Part shown: positions 60,559-64,000 of the stretch, piece by piece
How positions within the stretch are numbered: the stretch's first letter is position 1
Layout of the letters: each line of letters begins with the position of its first letter
DNA from: Candidatus Heimdallarchaeota archaeon
GTDB lineage: Archaea; Asgardarchaeota; Heimdallarchaeia; Hodarchaeales; Hodarchaeaceae
NCBI GenBank assembly: GCA_011364965.1
Contig: RDOB01000003.1
Location: 160,001-224,000 of the forward strand
Length of the DNA: 64,000 nt
Direction: 5' to 3'
Position numbers and translations under genes: made by a program
The notes under the pieces: generated by a model
What the model was told of the DNA's origin: nothing
Databases searched by the model: none
The model's input: only the letters and a program-made list of their open reading frames with translations

Positions 60559-60780
60559 AAATCTCAACCGTCTTACGATTTTATTTGTTTGGATGTAATA
60601 ATTTTCATATACAACCGAAATTACATTATCAACCTGTATAAAGCAAAATAGTCTTTTAAAGAATTTCTAGAAAAACTTTTCGGTCTTTCCCCAATACCTA
60701 TTTGAAGCACCATTTTGTAGAGCGATAAAAGCTAACCCAAGATCTCCATTAGGTACTAATCTTCTGTTGGATGAAATAAT

Positions 60781-61710
60781 ATGTCTGAAGCCACTTCTGA
60801 TCTGAAATATGATCTTATCCGTAAAACAGTCAAACTAAGTGCATATTTCGGCTACAGATTAGAAGCTAAAGGTATACAAAATCTTATAGCTAATTTAGAC
60901 ATATTTCGAGGTGGCTCCATATTCGCTGGTAATCATGAAAGTGTTATTGACGCGTTTTTAATGGGATTGGTGGTTCCAAAGGAACTCAAGTCAAAGCGTA
61001 TCTATTTCTTAGGAAAGAAAAGCGCTCTCTGGCGTAACAGATTTTGGGGGCAGCTTATGGATTATTTTGGTGTAATCCCAGTAGAAAAACGTGGAAATCA
61101 AGAAGCGGTCAAAAGAGGCATTGAAGTATTAACACGAAAACAGGCTTTAGGGATTTTCCCCGAGGGTCATATCCGATATTCACGTAAAACCTTAGAAGGA
61201 AAGGTGGGTGTAGCGAGATTTGCATTTGAAACTGAATCACCAGTTATTCCAGTAGGGATAATCGGTACAGATGGTGTACTACCATATGGAGGCAATTGGC
61301 CAAGTTTAGGAAAGAAAGTTTCACTCGCGGTTGGGGAGCCAATATTTTTGGCAGACTGGTATGACAAAAAGGATATGTACGATCCATATGCCTTACGAGC
61401 AGCAACTGATTTAGTAATGAATCACATTCGTAAGCTCTCATCTGGGTATGGAATTCGAGTTGAAGATGCGTATAAACTTCGGTGTATGGAAGGAGTCCAT
61501 CAGATTGTAACTCCTAGAAGATTGGTCCCAATAGAATTTCAAAGAAAAAGAAAGACCCTCGCAGATTCTTTTGAAGACTGGCTAGGCAGTGTTCCTCAAA
61601 CTCAACACGAAAAACAAATCAATAAATCAAAAGACAAATTTCCTGAGGTTCAATCTGCTTCAGGAAACACTACAAATGAATTCTTAGCTTGGTTGGATGA
61701 TCAACTATAA
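60781..61710 (+). CDS. Lysophospholipid acyltransferase (PlsC-like)
   Basis: GNHESVID (HxxxxD), FLGKK, IFPEG, GVAR.A…PVIPVGI. Confidence 0.9.
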   Translation: MSEATSDLKYDLIRKTVKLSAYFGYRLEAKGIQNLIANLDIFRGGSIFAGNHESVIDAFLMGLVVPKELKSKRIYFLGKKSALWRNRFWGQLMDYFGVIPVEKRGNQEAVKRGIEVLTRKQALGIFPEGHIRYSRKTLEGKVGVARFAFETESPVIPVGIIGTDGVLPYGGNWPSLGKKVSLAVGEPIFLADWYDKKDMYDPYALRAATDLVMNHIRKLSSGYGIRVEDAYKLRCMEGVHQIVTPRRLVPIEFQRKRKTLADSFEDWLGSVPQTQHEKQINKSKDKFPEVQSASGNTTNEFLAWLDDQL

Positions 61711-61914
61711 TTGTTGATTACATTACCAATTTTCTCCTTAAAAACGCATAATTTTCTTTTGGGTATTTATTTATGTTCAATCAGAAAAATAATTAGATAA
61801 ATACCATCTAATATTGTACAGAATTGTAGTCTTTGGTTTAAAATTAAAAATTAGTCCACATTTTCGATTTTCTACATTATTATGTAAGATGAGTGAAATT
61901 GAAATATAAGTTTA

Positions 61915-62256
61915 CTACATTACCCTCTTTAATTTTAATAAATCGGTAACACTACCTTTTATCTTCAATTTACCTGATGTGAAGGCTTCCATGGCCTTAA
62001 TTTCTTTATTCACGACCCCAAGCCATGTTTCAGGATCTGTAATTATAAGTATGTCGTAATTAGCTGATTTATCAATTGGACCTTCCTGTAATTCACCTGC
62101 TTTTCCTTTAGATAGCTGAGTTGTCCAAGTTTTATTGAAATCTGCAAAGGAAAATCCAACTTTTTTATCCCAATTTTTGAAACGTTTCTGATTATCTTCT
62201 TTAGAAAGTTTTGAGAGAATTTTATTTATTCCTTCGATTACTTCACTTTCGGACAT
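61915..62256 (-). CDS. SCP2 sterol/lipid-binding domain protein
   Basis: D..I.TD.ETW…AMEAFTSGKLKIKGS…LLKL; GAGGT SD. Confidence 0.88.
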   Translation of the reverse strand: MSESEVIEGINKILSKLSKEDNQKRFKNWDKKVGFSFADFNKTWTTQLSKGKAGELQEGPIDKSANYDILIITDPETWLGVVNKEIKAMEAFTSGKLKIKGSVTDLLKLKRVM

Positions 62257-62394
62257 TTTTATTCCTTACCTCAAATCTATCGAGCGTTATATTTGGTTAG
62301 ATTTTAGTTTTATATATACCTGTCCAGGATTAATTCTTAAGCTACCTAATAATTTATTTGCAATTTGCTTGTCTCAGAGAAAATTATACAGGAA

Positions 62395-63765
62395 ATGTTA
62401 AGAATGCTGAAAAGAGAAGATATGGAACAATATATTGATAAGAATCTTCCTATAGCCTTAGAGAATCTATTTGAACTAATTAGAATCCCAACAGTAACAG
62501 CAAAGGGTGGGGAACATTCCTCTGAAGCATTGGAGGTATTATCTCGTATATTTATGCAGTTGGGCTTTCATACAACGATATTTAAAACAACAGGACAACC
62601 TATTTTTACTGCTTCATTAGATATCAGAAAAACAAAAACCCTGCTATTTTATGATCATTATGATGTACAACCTGCAGAACCACTGGATCTATGGGAAAGT
62701 CCACCGTTTCAACCCGAAATACGTGATGGAAAAATCTATGGACGAGGGGTGGCCGATAATAAAGGTGAAATAATAGTTAGAGCAGCTGCTGTTAAAATGG
62801 TGCAAGATCTGAGGGGAGAATTACCTGTGAATGTAAGATTTTTGATTGAAGGTGAGGAAGAGGTTTCTAGTCCAAATTTAGGAGAGTTTGTAAAGAAAAA
62901 CCTGAACTTTATAAAAGAGAGTGATGCATGTATTTGGGAATTTGGTGGAAAAAATGCCACAGGACAAAAAGAAATATGGGCAGGTGTAAAGGGAATTTGT
63001 TATGTCCAGTTGAAGACATCAGGACCAAAAAAGGATCTTCATTCAGCACTAGGAGCAATAGTAGAAAATCCTGCAAACCACTTGATTGCAGCGCTTGCTT
63101 CATTACGTGATGATAAAACAGATGAAATTCTGATTAAAGATTATTATAAAACAATTCTACCTCCAACGAATTCTTTACTTACTGCAATAGAAAAAATAGC
63201 TGAAGAATTTGATACTGAAAAACAAAAGAAGGAATGGGGAGTCCAAACGTTCATTCAGGATCTTCAGGGTTTAGATTTACTTAAAAAATATTATTTAAGT
63301 CCGACATGCACAGTTTGTGGAATATGGGCTGGCTGGCAGGGAGAAGGAGGAAAAACAGTACTTCCGTCAACTGCCCACGCAAAATTAGATTTCCGTTTAG
63401 TCCCGGACCAAACTCCAGAGGACGTAATAACCAAACTAAAGGCGCATTTCGCTGAAAATTCTTTCAATATTGAGATTGAGTGGTATGAAGGCTATCCACC
63501 AGCTTACACACCATTGACGGATCCTTTTGTAAAAATAACAGAGAAAACCTTTATTGAAATTTATAAGCACAAACCTATGATTCATCCGTGGAATGCAGGA
63601 TCAGGACCACTTTATCTTTTTGCAGATCATGTACCAGTGCTATCGATTGGAGTGGGGCACGCAGGGAGTAATTCTCATTCTCCCAATGAAAACGTAATTC
63701 TTGAAGATTTTAAACAAGGACAAATTGCAATAGCACGATTAATGGAGAATTTTAGTCGGGTCTGA
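62395..63765 (+). CDS. M20/M25/M40 metallo-dipeptidase (start uncertain, 62365-62422)
   Basis: YDHYDVQP, YGRGVADNKG, EGEEE, DLHS, HSPNE. Confidence 0.93.
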   Translation: MLRMLKREDMEQYIDKNLPIALENLFELIRIPTVTAKGGEHSSEALEVLSRIFMQLGFHTTIFKTTGQPIFTASLDIRKTKTLLFYDHYDVQPAEPLDLWESPPFQPEIRDGKIYGRGVADNKGEIIVRAAAVKMVQDLRGELPVNVRFLIEGEEEVSSPNLGEFVKKNLNFIKESDACIWEFGGKNATGQKEIWAGVKGICYVQLKTSGPKKDLHSALGAIVENPANHLIAALASLRDDKTDEILIKDYYKTILPPTNSLLTAIEKIAEEFDTEKQKKEWGVQTFIQDLQGLDLLKKYYLSPTCTVCGIWAGWQGEGGKTVLPSTAHAKLDFRLVPDQTPEDVITKLKAHFAENSFNIEIEWYEGYPPAYTPLTDPFVKITEKTFIEIYKHKPMIHPWNAGSGPLYLFADHVPVLSIGVGHAGSNSHSPNENVILEDFKQGQIAIARLMENFSRV

Positions 63766-63768
63766 ACT

Positions 63769-64000
63769 ATGAATTATACGTACCCCAAAATGATCCATAC
63801 CTCAGATGGGATTATAAAAACGCAGAATGGAAAAATTGTGCTCATTAAACGTGGATATGAACCATTTAAAGATTATTGGGCTTTACCTGGTGGAATAGTT
63901 GAAGAAAGCGAATCGGTCGAGGAAGCACTAATCAGGGAGATGAAGGAAGAAGCTGGAGTTTTAGTTATTCCGAGGGAAATCCTAGGTGTTTTTTCTGCGC
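63769..64000 (+). CDS. Nudix hydrolase (partial, runs off the window)
   Basis: Translated by hand: LIKRG.EPFK..WALPGGIVEESESVEEALIREMKEEAG (Nudix box). Confidence 0.9.
   Translation, partial: MNYTYPKMIHTSDGIIKTQNGKIVLIKRGYEPFKDYWALPGGIVEESESVEEALIREMKEEAGVLVIPREILGVFSA

Noticed and set aside
1-64000. CRISPR arrays, tRNA/rRNA genes, transposases, integrases
   Set aside because: No spaced repeats, cloverleaf-like GC-rich segments or recombinase motifs seen by eye; small ncRNAs could have been missed

Overview
AT-rich, gene-dense archaeal chromosomal segment, most likely from an Asgard archaeon (Heimdallarchaeia/Hodarchaeales-like; inference). Evidence for this is the archaeal PoK/PPS CoA pathway, an archaeal histone, GGTGA/GAGGT Shine-Dalgarno sites and TATA boxes, a longin-like domain, and many bacterial-type metabolic genes. 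Contents: a CoA biosynthesis operon (coaBC-panE-pok-pps-panB), DNA repair/modification genes (nfo, orphan DNA methyltransferase, sfsA, dinB), a histone, regulators (stand-alone receivers, doubled Lrp-like proteins, PadR-HAAS, Cache histidine kinase), transporters and peptidases. No rRNA, tRNA, CRISPR array or intact mobile element was recognised. Best candidate for an undescribed system: a regulated D-amino-acid/peptide cluster at ~35.3-42.7 kb (Lrp, MurL-like PP-loop epimerase, Ddl-like ATP-grasp ligase, GNAT, serine D-peptidase-like hydrolase, N-acylamino-acid racemase-like enzyme). Other highlights: a 7TM-longin fusion, an orphan methyltransferase with a PIP-box-like tail beside the histone gene, a zinc-ribbon/CYSTM-like small protein, two genes that appear to need ATT/ATA start codons, PlsC next to SCP2, and a patch of gene fragments beside a bacterial-like DUF4256 gene. 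All family calls come from motif recognition by eye, not from database searches.
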